NCBI RefSeq assembly: GCF_016432865.1
Contig: NC_067398.1
Span: forward strand, 36,766,001 to 36,830,000
Reading direction: 5' to 3'
Source: Antechinus flavipes
Taxonomy: Eukaryota
Length of the DNA: 64,000 bases
Made by a program: the position numbers and the translations under genes. Below, one piece after another: positions 26,471 to 40,100 of the stretch (the first letter of the stretch is position 1; every line of letters begins with the position of its first letter). The notes beneath the pieces are model-generated. The model saw nothing but the letters and a program-made list of their open reading frames with translations. It ran no database searches and was not told the origin of the DNA.

Positions 26471-28099
26471 TGTCCTTTGTATATCAAGATAGAACATAGG
26501 GCTTAGAGTTCAGTTCAAGTCTCATTATCATATTATCTTGTGAATGTTCATTATCCTCTTCTGGACTCTAAAGTCTTTATGTTTCAAGTCATTTTTCTCT
26601 GTTCCTTTGGTGAGAATTGTCACTTTGTATTCATTTGTTTGTTTGTTTTTCCCATTCTGAAGATTATATGCTGTCCAGGAAATATATAATGCTTTCCAAA
26701 TTCTTATTTCTATTTTAATTTATACTGAAACATCCTGTTGTTTTACCATCCTTTCTTGGAAACTGATAAGTATCTCTGTTTCATTAGATGCTAATTTATT
26801 TTCATTTGTCTTGAAATATTTATTTATAGATATCTTGACTCTTTTATTTGATTCAGAGGACATATCATTATCATAACAATTAATATTATTTTCCCTTCTC
26901 TTATATTCCCTTGTTACTCACTTTCTGATTCTTTCCCCTTTGATTTCATTTATACCTAAAATTTGCTTCAGTTTCCTCCCATGCTAAGAAATTTACATTT
27001 CACTGTCTTCAGTTTCCAAGGGGAGTAATTTAAGGAAGGACTGAGCTAGCCCCATCTGGATCCTTTGCTCTCTTTCTTTTCTTAGTGGAGTGAAGCTATT
27101 CACTTTGTTGGGGAGCATTGCCTCTCTTCTGTAGTGATGTGGCTGAGGATTTTTGTAGCACATAATGCGGCTATGTTGCTATCTCAGCCAGAGAATGTTT
27201 CCTGCTTCTAAATGTCTGTGACAATGAGAAAGTATGGGAGTAATAGTGATCCTCAAAGTCAGCTTGTGCGGGCCATTCAGAGTATGACAGTACGTGGGGG
27301 AGGAAATGTTAGAGATTTAGGATTATAGATTTGCCTTTTATTTTGATAATTCACTTCATTATCACACCATTAAGATTCTTGGTGTCTTAAACTGTGGAAA
27401 TGGCTGAAATAGTCTTGTCTTTTGCACATAATTCATATTTTGGATATTTTAGAGATCATGAGAATTAAACAATCGTCTCTTCCTCCATTTTGTTGTTTAC
27501 ATCGTTCATTGTAAAATAAAGGAGTTTCTTAGATAAGAAGTCATTATGCTGCTGTGTGTTTGTGTGTATGTGTGTGTGTGTGATGAAGTGCTTTGACAAC
27601 CTGCTAATGTTTACGTATCTTTTCTCAGAGTAATAGTTGTTGGCCAAATTTAGTTGTATTAAATTTCATTTAGAGATAAAAAAAGAAAATGAGTTTTATT
27701 TCATTCCCAGTTCAGAGATCCCCTAAAATCTATATATTGTTCCCAAGAGTTCCATAAGAACATCTAGAGTAGATGATCACTAAAATGTATTCTAGTCCCA
27801 AATCCAGGATCCTATGATAAATCATAACTAGCATGTAGTTAGCAATAGCTTTGGGCTAGTGTAAGTAACAGAGGTATGTGTTGTAAATTATAATCTGCAC
27901 TTCATATGAAATCCTAGTATTTAATTTATTGATATTTGTAGGGAAAGAAAATCAATTGAGAATTGAATTCTAGTCACTCACTGCCACATGTGGAGCATCT
28001 TATTGTTTCTAACTCTTTCAAAATGACCAGAAATGAATCCAAAACTTTGAGTCTAAGAACAATTATTTCTCCTCTATAAACCATGGAAGCCACTGTCCC

Positions 28100-28130
<31 letters not shown>

Positions 28131-28472
28131 CAGTATAAATATTATATATATATATGTTTATACATATATATATATAAAAGAACATATATAACATTTATGT
28201 ATATTTTATTTATGTGTGTATATATAGATATACAGATTATATCCTTAAATATGTCTATATATGTGTTGTATGAATATATATAATATACATAAACAAATAT
28301 GTTTTTACATGAATGGATGTCAATATATATCATTTGAAAGATTCCAGAAAGTTCTTGGTGTGGAAAGCAATAGCAAAATGTTTAGGGAAAAATTTAATAC
28401 AACTTATTGAAATCTTTCTAATGATAAGGCCCTGTACTAGCTAATAGAAGTGGGGTCTAAAGAAGGCATTTT

Positions 28473-28619
28473 GGGGGTAACTAGATGGTGCAGTAGATAG
28501 AGTGTTGGCCCTGAAATCAGAAGGACCTAAGTTCAAATCTGACCTCAGACACTTAATATTTCTTAGCTGTGTGAACTTGGGCAAGTCACTTAATCCCAAT
28601 TGCCTCAGGGGTAAAAAAA
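28473..28619 (+). mobile_element. WSINE1-like SINE with TSD
   Basis: Full head to ccaattgcctcag plus A tail; TSD aaggcatttt (28463-28472) / aagacatttt (28620-28629). Confidence 0.9.
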
Positions 28620-28859
28620 AAGACATTTTCCCACCACTAAGCTCACATTTACTGAAGAAAGGATGGGGTAGACATTTTATATTGTTCAATATAACATGAG
28701 GTCAATATAACATGAGGTAATTTGAATGAGGAAACATTATTGAGGAGATAAGTTAAAGAGGTATTAAATTCAAATATGCTCTAAGGCACCATATTATAGA
28801 AGGTAGATTCCCCCCCGGCCCTTTTGATGACTTGCATTAAAGTCCTGTCCCCTATATTA

Positions 28860-29480
28860 TGGAAAATGATTATGAGCAAATGAATTAACTTCTCAGTAGC
28901 CAAAGCAGCATTCTAAGATTATAAATTTTAACCTCAAAAACTCTCAGCTAAACACCAAAATAGAAATTCATAAAATGAAAAAAGATGAATAAAAACAATT
29001 ACAAAAAAGACAAGTTTTTTTTTAATTAAATGAAAAAATTTTGTACAATAATAATTACTAGATCTAGGATAAGAAGAAAAGTAGTTGAATAATAAAGTAA
29101 CAAGGACAACTTGGCATCATTTTCCTTGGACAAGTGCTTGTTATCTAAGATATATACCTAAATAGTAGAAATATTTGATAAATACTATTTCCTAACAGAT
29201 AATTGGTCAAAAGATATAGTTTGCAAAATAATTGCAAATTATGAATAACTATATAAAAATAAATAACAGGATAAATACAAATCAAAACAATCCTGAGGTT
29301 TTATTTCATACCTAGAATATTAACAAAAACTGATAAAATATGGGAATAATTGATGTTGGAGGAATTGCAGATAGTTATAATGTTTTATTGATAGATCTGT
29401 GATTTAGTGTTATTATTCTGGAAGGCAATTGAGAATTATGAAAATAAAGTGTCTAAAATGTCCCATATACTTTGACCCAG
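28860..29480 (+). mobile_element. Old L1 ORF2 fragments
   Basis: aattggtcaaaagatat...aaatcaaaacaatcctgaggttttatttcatacc...gatgttggaggaattgc resembles the ORF2 C-terminus. Confidence 0.65.
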
Positions 29481-29639
29481 AAATTAAAAAAACACTTAAC
29501 AAAGATAGAAAAATAACATCAACATTGAACTGTTAAAAAAAAAAACAGAATCTATGTTATAGATTTATAAACAAATTACTGCCTTGATCATTACAGGATG
29601 AGGAATACCAAATTGTTAAAAAGAAAAAAAAATAACAGC

Positions 29640-30205
29640 AACTACGTATAAAAATAAAATTTAAAAATTCTAATTATATGTCCCACATGGTTTATTTTTA
29701 AAAAGGATAAATATATAAAATATCTTTTTTATGTTAAACGTGTAATTCTTCTATGCATATTTTCACATTTATCATGCTGCAGAAGAAAAATCAGATCAAA
29801 GAGGGGGAAAAAAAGAGAAAGAAAGAAAACAAAAAGCAAACAAACAACAAAAAAAATGTGAAAAAGCTATGTTCTGATTGATCCACGGTCAGTCCAGACA
29901 GTCTTCTTCCTCGACAAAGATGGCTTTCTCTATCATAAGTCTATTGAATTGACCTGAATCACCTTATTGTTGAAAAAAATTTGTCCATCAGAATTGATCA
30001 TCACATGATTTTCTTGTTGCTGTGTACAATGTTCTCTGGGTTCTACTCACTTCACTTACCATGAATTCAATAAATCTCCCCAAGCCTATCTAAAATCATC
30101 CTGTTGATCATTTTTTATAGAACAATAATATTCCATACCATAACTTATTTGGCCATTCTACAATTGATGAGAATTCACTCAGTTTCTAATTCCTTGCCAC
30201 CATTA
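29640..30205 (-). mobile_element. L1 3' end (antisense)
   Basis: gaattgatcatcacatgattttcttgttgctgtgtacaatgttctctggg...ggccattctacaattgatg. Confidence 0.8.
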
Positions 30206-30229
30206 AAAAGGCTTTTAAAAATATAAAAT

Positions 30230-30780
30230 ATCTCAATTAATAGATCAAAACTAATTTCAATTTGAAGAAATAAAAACATTTGAAGGACTCATGTTTAAAC
30301 TTCCAAATAAAATTCAAATAACTAGATGATTTACAAGTGATTTCCATCAAACCTTCAAGAGCAATTAATTCTAATGTTGTTATATAAACATTTTTTTGCA
30401 AAAATAGGAAAATAAGAGTTCTTCCCAAATTGTTCCTATATCAATAAAATATTGATTTCTAAACCAGGGAGAGTCAATAAGAAAAAGATTCCCTAGACCA
30501 ATATCTTTAATGAACATTTTTTTTCAAAAATGCTAAAAACAATATTAGTAAAGATATTGCAAAAATATTAACAAATTTATGTATTATGACTAAGTAAGCT
30601 TTATACTATGAATTCAGAGTTGACTTCCATATTAATAATGGACATAGTATGCTATTTTAACAACAAAAAAACATCACAAAGATGATTATATCAGTAAATG
30701 TTGAATAAGCTTTAGACAAACTGCAATCTGTATATAGATAAATAAACATAAATAATACAAGAACCACTATCTTCTAAGAG
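30230..30780 (+). mobile_element. Old L1 ORF2 RT-region fragment
   Basis: gatttctaaaccaggg...agaccaatatctttaatgaacat...tatactatgaattcagagttg parallels 56750-56940. Confidence 0.7.
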
Positions 30781-30899
30781 GTCACATTCAGTAATATAAC
30801 ACTAAAGATGTACATTAGTAGAAGCTGAAAATTCTTAGACATAGATATAAGAACACATTGTCTGATAATGGGCCATTCTTCACCAAGGCACAGACAGAG

Positions 30900-31320
30900 A
30901 AAATTGCATGTTGAGTTTGGAGAAGAGCTCTCATAACCATTTATCTAGAACATAAAGGTGTGAAAAAGGATAATATGAAATCAATCTCTAAAGATAATTT
31001 GGAAATTTATTGTGGGAGGCCATAAAAGACAAAATAATGAGTTTGCCTGTTATCTTAAAGACAAGAGGAAATCACTCAAGATTTGGAGATTGGAAGTGAC
31101 ATGATCAAACCTGTTTTTAGGATTATTCATTTAATGTTTGATAGGGGATAGATTCCAAATAGGAGAAAAAGACATTCATTGAGAATTTTTTGTGATAGTC
31201 TAAGTTAGAAATAATGAGGGCCTGAACTATTATAATAGCCAGGGCAGTAGGGAGAAAAAAAATTGTATTCAATAGAATGTGTGGATGTGAAAGGAAGAGG
31301 ATTTGGCAATAGCATGGATT
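30900..31320 (-). mobile_element. L2 fragment
   Basis: gtgacatgatcaaacctgtttttagg...gaaataatgagggcctgaact. Confidence 0.6.
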
Positions 31321-31774
31321 TTATCTATGGCCATATCCATGAATACTAGAAATAAAATGGAGGAAAAGCTTATAAATTTTGTTTGAAGTTGGTAATTAAG
31401 AGACCAGGGTATTTAAGGAAATGCCATTTTGAAAATTAAAGTTACTAAGGATAAGAACAAAATTTAGAGGCAACAAAGAATAAAGATGACACTAAATTCT
31501 TTTTTTTGGGGGGGTGGGAAACAATCCTTGTGAACACCCAGATGGATGGGGGGAAAAGAAAGTATAATTTATAAAGTAAACTTTTAACATAAGGAGATAA
31601 GTATATCAGAAATATCATAGATACTTAGTATATAGAATTGGGGGTTAGAATATAGCAATGGAAAAATATATTGTATTCCAAAGAAAGATACCTTATAGAA
31701 ATGTATTGGAGTAGGAATGCATGAGGAAAATAGCCATCCCAAGAGGATTATAATGTAATTGAAGGAAGGTGGAT

Positions 31775-31995
31775 GCCACAATGCATAAAATCCAGGGTCC
31801 GGAGTCAGGAAAATATCTTCCTGAGTTCAAATCTGGCCTTAGACATTTGCTGTGTGGCACCAGGCAAGTCACTTAACCCTATTTCAGTTTCCTCGTTTGT
31901 AAAATGAGCTGGAGAAGGAAATAGCAAATCATTCCAGAATCTCTGCCAAGAAAAACCCAAATGGGGTCAGAAAGAATTGAACACAACTGAAGAAA
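31775..31995 (+). mobile_element. MAR1-like SINE (CORE body plus RTE/BovB-type tail)
   Basis: gtaaaatgagctggagaaggaaatagcaaatcattccagaatctctgccaagaaaaacccaaatggggtcag...acacaactgaa. Confidence 0.8.
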
Positions 31996-32764
31996 GACTC
32001 AAAAAACAGCATAGTGTAATTCTTCCTGGGTGGAGAATAGAGAAATCCCAGGGATACCATTGTAGACTGGCCATGATGCTGAATAGATTAAAAGAGTAAT
32101 AAGTTTTCCATTATTGTCACAGAAATGGCACAGATGTAAAACTTTGTATCTAGGAGGGATTATTACCTGAAATCTTCTAATTTTTTTTTTTTTATTCAGC
32201 TGAAAGTGGAATATCTAATACATTCTTAAAATGCTTTTAGTTTTCCAGGAGGCAAAGGAAGAAATGAGAGATACTAGTCTTCACTAATTCAGAAATGACA
32301 GAGCACTTATCAATTTGCTCAGAAGACAGTAGTAACTTTATCTTACAGGTTATCATCATGTCATTCAATGAAAGAAAAACTGAACACTGTTAAGAGTTAC
32401 ATATGCTCTCTGTTAAGGAAGCAGTTTAAAAAAAGTCAGATGAGAGATGACCTGAGAATCTAAAAAGCCAAAATGATGCAAGAGAAATAACAGATCATCA
32501 AAAATGAAACTTTGATGTACAATAATTAAAAAATCCTAAAGAAGAAAAAGAAGAGTGTAGAATAAGAAGATTAGCGAGCTAAAGTTTAAAGGAATGTTAG
32601 AAGTCACCTATTATATAAATCCTTCTCCTTTCTTCTGCTGTAGAGGAAACCCAGTCCCAGTGATATTAAATGATCTATTCAAGGTCACACAGTATTAAGT
32701 GTAGTACAGAGAGCTATCTTATAAGTCAAGAAGGCCTGGATTCAAACTCTCTGAAATGTGCTGA

Positions 32765-33010
32765 CAGTGCTGTGCTAAAAATGTTAAACAACTTTTTCTC
32801 TGTGGGGCATAGGGAAAATGTATATCCAATATGCTTTTAAGTTTAATCTGCACTATTAACTCCTTCACTCTCTCCACTTTCTTAAGTTTAGAAAAATAAC
32901 AAAGTAATAAATCACATCTTGGTTTGCAGTGTTTGCCAATTTCTAATATCTGAATGTTTACAATGAAAATTTAACAATCAAACAGTAAAGTTTGGCTTTA
33001 GCATACCTTG
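32765..33010 (+). mobile_element. Non-autonomous hAT MITE (MER63-like)
   Basis: Degenerate TIRs cagtgctgtgcta... / ...tagcataccttg; body ttttaagtttaatctgcactattaac...gaaaatttaacaatc recalled as marsupial MER63-type; TSD not recoverable. Confidence 0.6.
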
Positions 33011-34244
33011 TTATAATGAGAGGAGAGTATCATCTTCATCACTGACATCACTAATATGATTTATATCATGCTAAATGTTTTATAATTTTTATAACATTTG
33101 ATCTTTCCATCAATCTTGGCACCCCCCATTTTACAGATGAATAAATTGAGTCAAAGAGTAATTTGCCCCCGGGTCCCATGGCTCAGAAATAAGTTTTTGG
33201 TATTCTAGGAAACTCTCTAAGATTAAAATTGCAGGGGTATTATTGACAAACATTGTTAGAGGGAATTTTACAAGTGAAATCTCAAGGTTAGTCCTTTTTT
33301 CCTATTAATAGGATTCAGAGAGCTGAGCATATGGTTGTTTAGATGAAACTGAGACAAAGGAAGACAAAGATAGAGACAGAGTCCTGTCCTTGTATTGTTA
33401 CCCATTCCTCTATATGGAAGCAGAGAAATAGAATTAGAAAGACTTTCTCCAGAGAGAGGACCCTGGCTTTCTTACACTCCGAATTCACTTAATTTCCCTT
33501 CATAGGCTTCTATATACATGCTTTCTAGGTACTGTGTGGTCTTAACACTGTACCCCTTAAACAGCTGCTTAAGTTTGAATAAATCACTCAGTTTTTCTCT
33601 AAACTTAAATTACTTGATCTTTCTGTGATTAGTTTTCCTTTTACAAAAGAAGTTGGGAGTAATGAATGCCTAAGGTCCCAATAGATTAAAAGATCCTTGG
33701 CTTCATGAACATATTTGGGAAAACATAAATACACCATTGGATCTCTGAATTCATTTATGCTTCTTTTCTCTCTAATGATGCCAGTTACAACCTTGTATGT
33801 TTGCTTGTCTTGTGTTTCTGTGGTCCATGTCCTCCAAAGGTTATCATAAAAAGTCTAAGCACCTTGGACAATTTTTTTGCTTTCTTTTAACATGAGAAGG
33901 ATAACAACGGAGCCCTCATTAGTCCATTAATCTCATTCTGAAAACCACCTATATTCAGGCATAATTTCTCAATTCACTATCTTTTTTAAAGTTCATTCTC
34001 GGCAATTCCTTATTTATGATGTGCGATATATTTATCATGTAGTAATTAGACATTGAAAAAAATTAAAAATTCAGATCCCAACCTTTCCCAAATATAAACA
34101 ATGAACTAAAATAAAACAATCTGGTTTTATAATGTATCTCTATTATATCTTTGAATGGAAAAGGCTATTTTTTTTTAAATTCATTTAACTCCTTGGAGAG
34201 TTGTACCATCTCACTAGTTCCTTGTGCAGTTCTGAACAAGGAGA

Positions 34245-34284
<40 letters not shown>

Positions 34285-34569
34285 TGTAATCTTTCTTGAC
34301 CCCCTCCACACAATCAATGGAAGCCCTGAAGCATGAGATTTGATTACATTTGACATTATTTTAGCTGCATAACTATAATGTTATCAATGGTCATAAAATT
34401 ACCTACTCCCTTTAAAGGATAGAAAGGGTGCTTGGTTCAGAGACTTCTGAAAGCACAGTCACATATTTTAATAACCCATTGGATGAAGCAAATATTTACC
34501 TTTATCCTTCTAATTTTGTTCATAGAATTATCATGTTTCAGTCTAGGGGAGACATTTTTACTTCTTCTC

Positions 34570-34616
<47 letters not shown>

Positions 34617-34620
34617 TTTT
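34570..34620. repeat. (TTTA)n microsatellite
   Basis: Direct read. Confidence 0.95.
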
Positions 34621-36079
34621 TGATTAGATAGTGACTGCCTTATTCTTTTAAGAATACCTTTACTATTCTGGAGGTAAAAATATCCTGCTTTTCCTGATTC
34701 TGTAGCTGGCAAGAAATGCCCCATCAATCCTTTACTTCACTATATTGCTAGGCTGAAATGCCAATTCCAAAACTACATCCCTTCTCCTTCATGGTTTTTC
34801 TAGGAACAATGCCATCATTCTAGCTACTCAACTTTGCCAAAAGGCAATGCCATTCTTGGAAGTACCTCTCTTTGTAGACCTCATTCTGGGAATGGTATCA
34901 AATATGGTTCAGTCTTTGGGTAGGCAATAAATAATGAATAAAAGATGAAAAACACCTTAAGCTTCCAGCTACCTTTTATCTGTTTCTGTATTCCTTTTTC
35001 TTTTGGCCTATCTCTCTCACCTTCTGCTTATAGTCATAAAAGACACTCCCTTTGCTTTTATTTGAGGTTCACTAGGATAGATTTTATTATACTCAGGATT
35101 TTGATTGTGAAGTGTAAGTTTATACCTTTCTAGACTTTAAACAGAAATAGCTGCCCTTTGGAAAATAGTTTAAAAGATGCCTGATCTATCTTCTGCAAAT
35201 ATACACATCAGTTTAATGAATATCAGAGGGAGAGATGGGTCACTGCCAAGGGTGTAATTCATCCTGTAAGTTTCAGAGAAGAGCAACAGAAGAAAGAAAA
35301 TCTCGCAGGAATTAAAACATCTTAGAAATCTTAGAAATCACACAGCTCAAAGAGGTATAGGGGAAGGACTGGTGGATTTGAAATCAAAAGATCCCACTTA
35401 ACATCTGAGCTAAGATATTTATCCTTTTGCACTCATTTACCTCATCTTTAAAAGGAGAGAGGTTTGAGTATACTTGTCATCAAAAGTCCCTCCCAAATCT
35501 TGATCTATGGTCTTTATAGAATCATGAACATGGGGATGGACAGATTTCAAAGATAAATTTAGAAATGAAGAAATTAAAGCTCAGATGTGTTAATAACTTG
35601 TACAGGGTCTCCTTGGTAGTAAGTGACTACTCTTAGGGGAAAGATTTATACCCTGTCAGCTCCTCCCATAATACTTAGCTTCCTCATAATCTGACAGCTA
35701 CAATAGAGCTTTAAAATTTAGGCAAGGCTACTAAGGAAGTTTTCTTCTCTTCCCAGCTCATTCACCCAATAGATCAACAAGAGTCTTGATTTTCCTAGGG
35801 CCAGACTTACTGTTTGTCCTTGGTACTGATCATTATTGAAAAAGATACTTGCATATTCACAATAGTAAGAATATACATATAGGTACATCTATGTACACAT
35901 CCATTTATTCTCAGAGAGACAGTAATTTGCACATCATGGGAAGAGACTACATGTCTCTCAATCACATTTCTTTCATGGAGAAATTTTAATTTTGGGAATA
36001 ATATTTAAGTGACCCAATTTTGTTTTTATAAACTCTCATTGGATTAGTTTTTATACTAGAAATCTTTTTATTTCTGTGT

Positions 36080-37150
36080 TGGTCACTTTTTTGGCATCTC
36101 TGTCTCGAGCTCTTTCTGTCTGTTCTTCTCTCTGTTATTCCCTTTCTTTGGCAATATCATCAGCTTCCATAAATTTAGTTATCATCCCTATGCGGATAAT
36201 GTTAGATCTATTTGTCTAGACCTTATTCTCTCCTAACCTTTAGTCTTACGTTTTAAACTAACTATTGTATATTTCTACCTAAATATCTAGTAGACAGCCT
36301 GATTTTCAATATGTCAAAAAGTGAATTCATTAACCTTCCTCCTCAACTTTCCTTACTTCCCAATTTCCCTATTTCTGTTGAGGATTCCATTATCTTCTTA
36401 TTCACCCAAATTTATGTTCTAGATGTCATTATCTCATTATCTCTTATTGTGCCATATATAATCAGTCATTAAATCCAGTTGTTTCTTCTTTTAAAGAATC
36501 CCTCATCAGGGACAGGTAGATGGCACAGTGGATAAAGTACTAGTCCTGAAGTCAGGAGAACCTAAGTTCAAATCTGGTCTCAGACAAATCTAGCCTTAGG
36601 CAAATAATGCTTTCTAGATGTGTGACTTTGGGCAAGTTATTTAACCCCAATTGCTCAGCAAAAACCAACAAAAAAATTTTTTTAAAAGAATCCCTCATCC
36701 CCTATCCTTCATCTTCTCTTTTCTCACCAAAATCTTGGTGCATGCCTTCATCACCTCACACCTAGCCTAGTAGGCTCTCCTTACTCTATTATACTCTATT
36801 TTTTTGGCCATCAAAATGTTCATCCTAATGTCCAATTGGAACCATGTTGCATCCCTACCTTGTTCACTAAACTCCAATGCTTCTCTATTGGCTCTAGGAT
36901 CAAACATTAAATCCTCAATTTTGTTTTTAAAAGCTTTTAAAACCACCCCCATTCTACCATTCCAGGCTTATTTTACCTTACTTTGCTCCAAGTACTCAAT
37001 CTAACATTCTTGCTATTCCTCTTAGAGGACACTCCATCTTCTATTTCTATGCATTTTTTCCTGGCTGTCCTCCATCCCTGAAACTCCTTCCTCACTTTTA
37101 CCTCTTGGTTTTCCTATCTTCTTTCAAGTTTTGGCTAGTTTCCTACATTT
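36080..37150 (+). mobile_element. L2 ORF2 RT/C-terminal fragment, interrupted by a SINE
   Basis: tttagttatcatccctatgcggataat reads FxYHxYADx; sequence continues on both sides of the SINE TSD. Confidence 0.8.
36508..36684 (+). mobile_element. WSINE1-like SINE with perfect 15-bp TSD
   Basis: TSD aaagaatccctcatc at 36493-36507 and 36685-36699. Confidence 0.92.
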
Positions 37151-37163
37151 TGCAGGGATGACT

Positions 37164-40100
37164 AGTACCTCTGGTATAAGGACTGATGACCCTTCTTCAG
37201 GGCTGCTTTCCATCTTTGCTATTCACCTGATTCAACTCTCAGTTCCAAGTAGCTCCAAGGAGCAATAGTTATACAGTGGTTTACCTTGGCAAACCATCTT
37301 AACAGATGGGTTTATAACAGGTTGAAGATAACCAAGGACTCTCAAACATTTCAATGAATAGGAGGATGTCTGGCCCAAGCATGTAAAAACTTTTTCCACC
37401 AGAATGGGTAGGTGAAAAAAAATTGTGCAAAAGTCCATGAAGGCAGCTAAAGCAAGTACTATGGGGTACTTAGAGTTTAATTAAACCTTGAAGGTAGCAA
37501 GGTCACCTACTCTCTCCTGAACCATCACCATTCATTTTGGCTTTTATCTTGCCATTGGACTTAGATGACTCTGGAAGAGAGAGTGGGACCAGCAATTTCA
37601 AACAATACTACCTCACTTAAACTCACTTTATATATGAATCAAAAGACATCAGCCATACCATTTTACCATTTTTGCATACCTCAAAGTCCTGTAGCAACAG
37701 GCAAGTGATGAAGCAGTAGGTGTGGATATAATGGGAAGTGTAATCATAACCATGAACATAGGTGCTTTAGACCATAGAGTTATCTTCTCATAGGAAGAAA
37801 CAGTGAAATTTGGCAGTCTAATTGAGTATCTCACCAGTGTTTTAAAGACCACAATACTTATCTCCTGATATGAAGAAAGAGCTAGAAAGATTCCCCCAAA
37901 ACAGTTTGTTTACTCAATCCTGACTTGCTTGCCATGACAGATGGGAATCCTGCTTTGTGGTCAAAACAGCTCCCAACCCCATATACACACAAACAAAACC
38001 TTTTGTGAAAATGATTTCATTCATCATTAGTACATGGAATATGTGGACACTTATGAAAAGCAAGAAATCCAGCATACCTGAAAGATGAACAGCTCTTATG
38101 GAGAGAGAACTCACAAATATTGTTTCCAAATAACATTTCTCAATAAAACAAATTTGAAAATGAAGACCAGATTATGAAAGTCAGGACTGGATACCCACTT
38201 TTTTTTTTGTTTAGTTTAGTTTTTTTGTTTGTTTGCTAGTTTGTTTTGTTTTATTTTGTTTCTCTGGAGTGGCCAGGAAGCTGGCATAGGTTTTGCAATC
38301 AAAACTATTCTATTCAATAAGTTTGTATACTTATCAAAAAAAGTGAACAAGAGTCCTAACAAAGCCATTGCCACTTGCAGGAAACCACCTATTCCTCCAT
38401 CATTAATGCCTATCTTCTCAACATGACCAATCCTGATGAAATCAAATAAAAATTTCACCTATAGACCCTTATCATTAATGTACCAAAAGAAGAGAAGCTT
38501 ATAATTCTGCATGACTTTAATAATAGAGTAAACTCAGACTACCAGATATGGAAGGGAATCCTTGGGAGAAATGGAGTGGCAAATAGCAACAGAAATGGTA
38601 ACTTAAAATGAAGAGTTGTGCCCTCATAATCTTCTCATCACCAACACTGTTTTCCATTTAGCTAGACACAATAAAACTTCATGGATACATCTATGACACT
38701 GTAAGGAAAAGAGATAGACAGCTGAAAAAATAACTAAGGTGAAGTGGGTGGCAGAGTGCTAGGCTGATCATAAACATCCTCTCCAAGCTAAACTTTTACA
38801 TTCAACAAAAGCATCCTGAGGCAAGATGACTACTAGAAGATTTAGAAGGCTTTTCTGAGTGGGAACAGTTGCTAATTTGGAAGGAAAACTAAACCTACTC
38901 TCAGTTGGCAAGAATGGAACACAAAAAAGAAATGGGCAGAGATTTGCTATATAGTATTGCATTTACTCATTTGGACCAGGATACTTGCAAACATTGGTAT
39001 TGATATGATACAGGAAATTCAGAAACTTCTAAATGCAAAATAAGTACTCAACAGAGGATAGTTCATCTGTCTCTAAAAAGGTAGCATTTAACTCCATCAA
39101 ATTTAAAGTGAAAGCAAAACTTAGAGAGATGTAGGCTTCTTGGCTGAGTAAGAAGGCAGAAAAAATTCAGTTTTACACCCTTAGTAACAATCTAGAAGAT
39201 ATTTTTCATACCTTGAAGGCTATTTACAGGCCAAAACAAGTCATTGTCGAGGGAGCCACACTGATAAGTGATAAAGACATAATTCTGGAGAAGTGGGTTG
39301 AATAATTCCATAGTGTTCTCAACAAAACAACATCAATCAATGCTGAAGTCAATGATGGTATACTTCAGGTTAAAGTCAATCCCTCTCCAGCCAAACTTGC
39401 AACTGCAGAAAAGGTTTTGAATACCATTAGGTTCCTTTCATGTGGCAAAGTTCCTGGTGCTGATTTTATTCCAGCTGAGATCTACAAGGCAGAAGGTCCA
39501 CTGTTGATACAAAAACTGACAAAAATTTTCTGGATTATGTGGCAAGAGGAGGTTATTCTCCCAGGAGTGTGCTTTGCAATAAAAAAAGAAAATAGGCCAC
39601 GCTGTAACAACCACAGGAATCTCTCTCTTAGTTGTTGCCAGTAAGACTCTTGCCAGAGTGCTTATTAATAGGATGATCCTTCACCTGGAAGATGGTCATC
39701 TACCTGAGAGCCAATTTTATTCCAAAAAGGGCTGAGAAATGGTCGATGTGGGTGTTTGCTGTCCAACAAATCCAGGAGAAATGCCAGCAATAGAACAAAG
39801 ATCTGTATACATTTGTCTATCTAATGAGGACTTTAATGCTATCAGTCATGAAAGCTTTTGAAAATTATGGCAAAATGTGGTGGCCTGGAAAAGTTCATTA
39901 GTACTGTACATCAGTTTCCTAGTGCCACGTTTGCTCAGGTTCTAGATAGACAATGCTCTTATACTTTCATAGTCAACAATGGAATAAAATAGGGCTGTAT
40001 GCTTGCTCCCAAGATTTTTAGTATGATATTTTCAGTAGTTTTCAGGTGCCTCCAAGAAGGGTCCAAACTGCATCAAAATCATATATGCAACTGATGGTAA

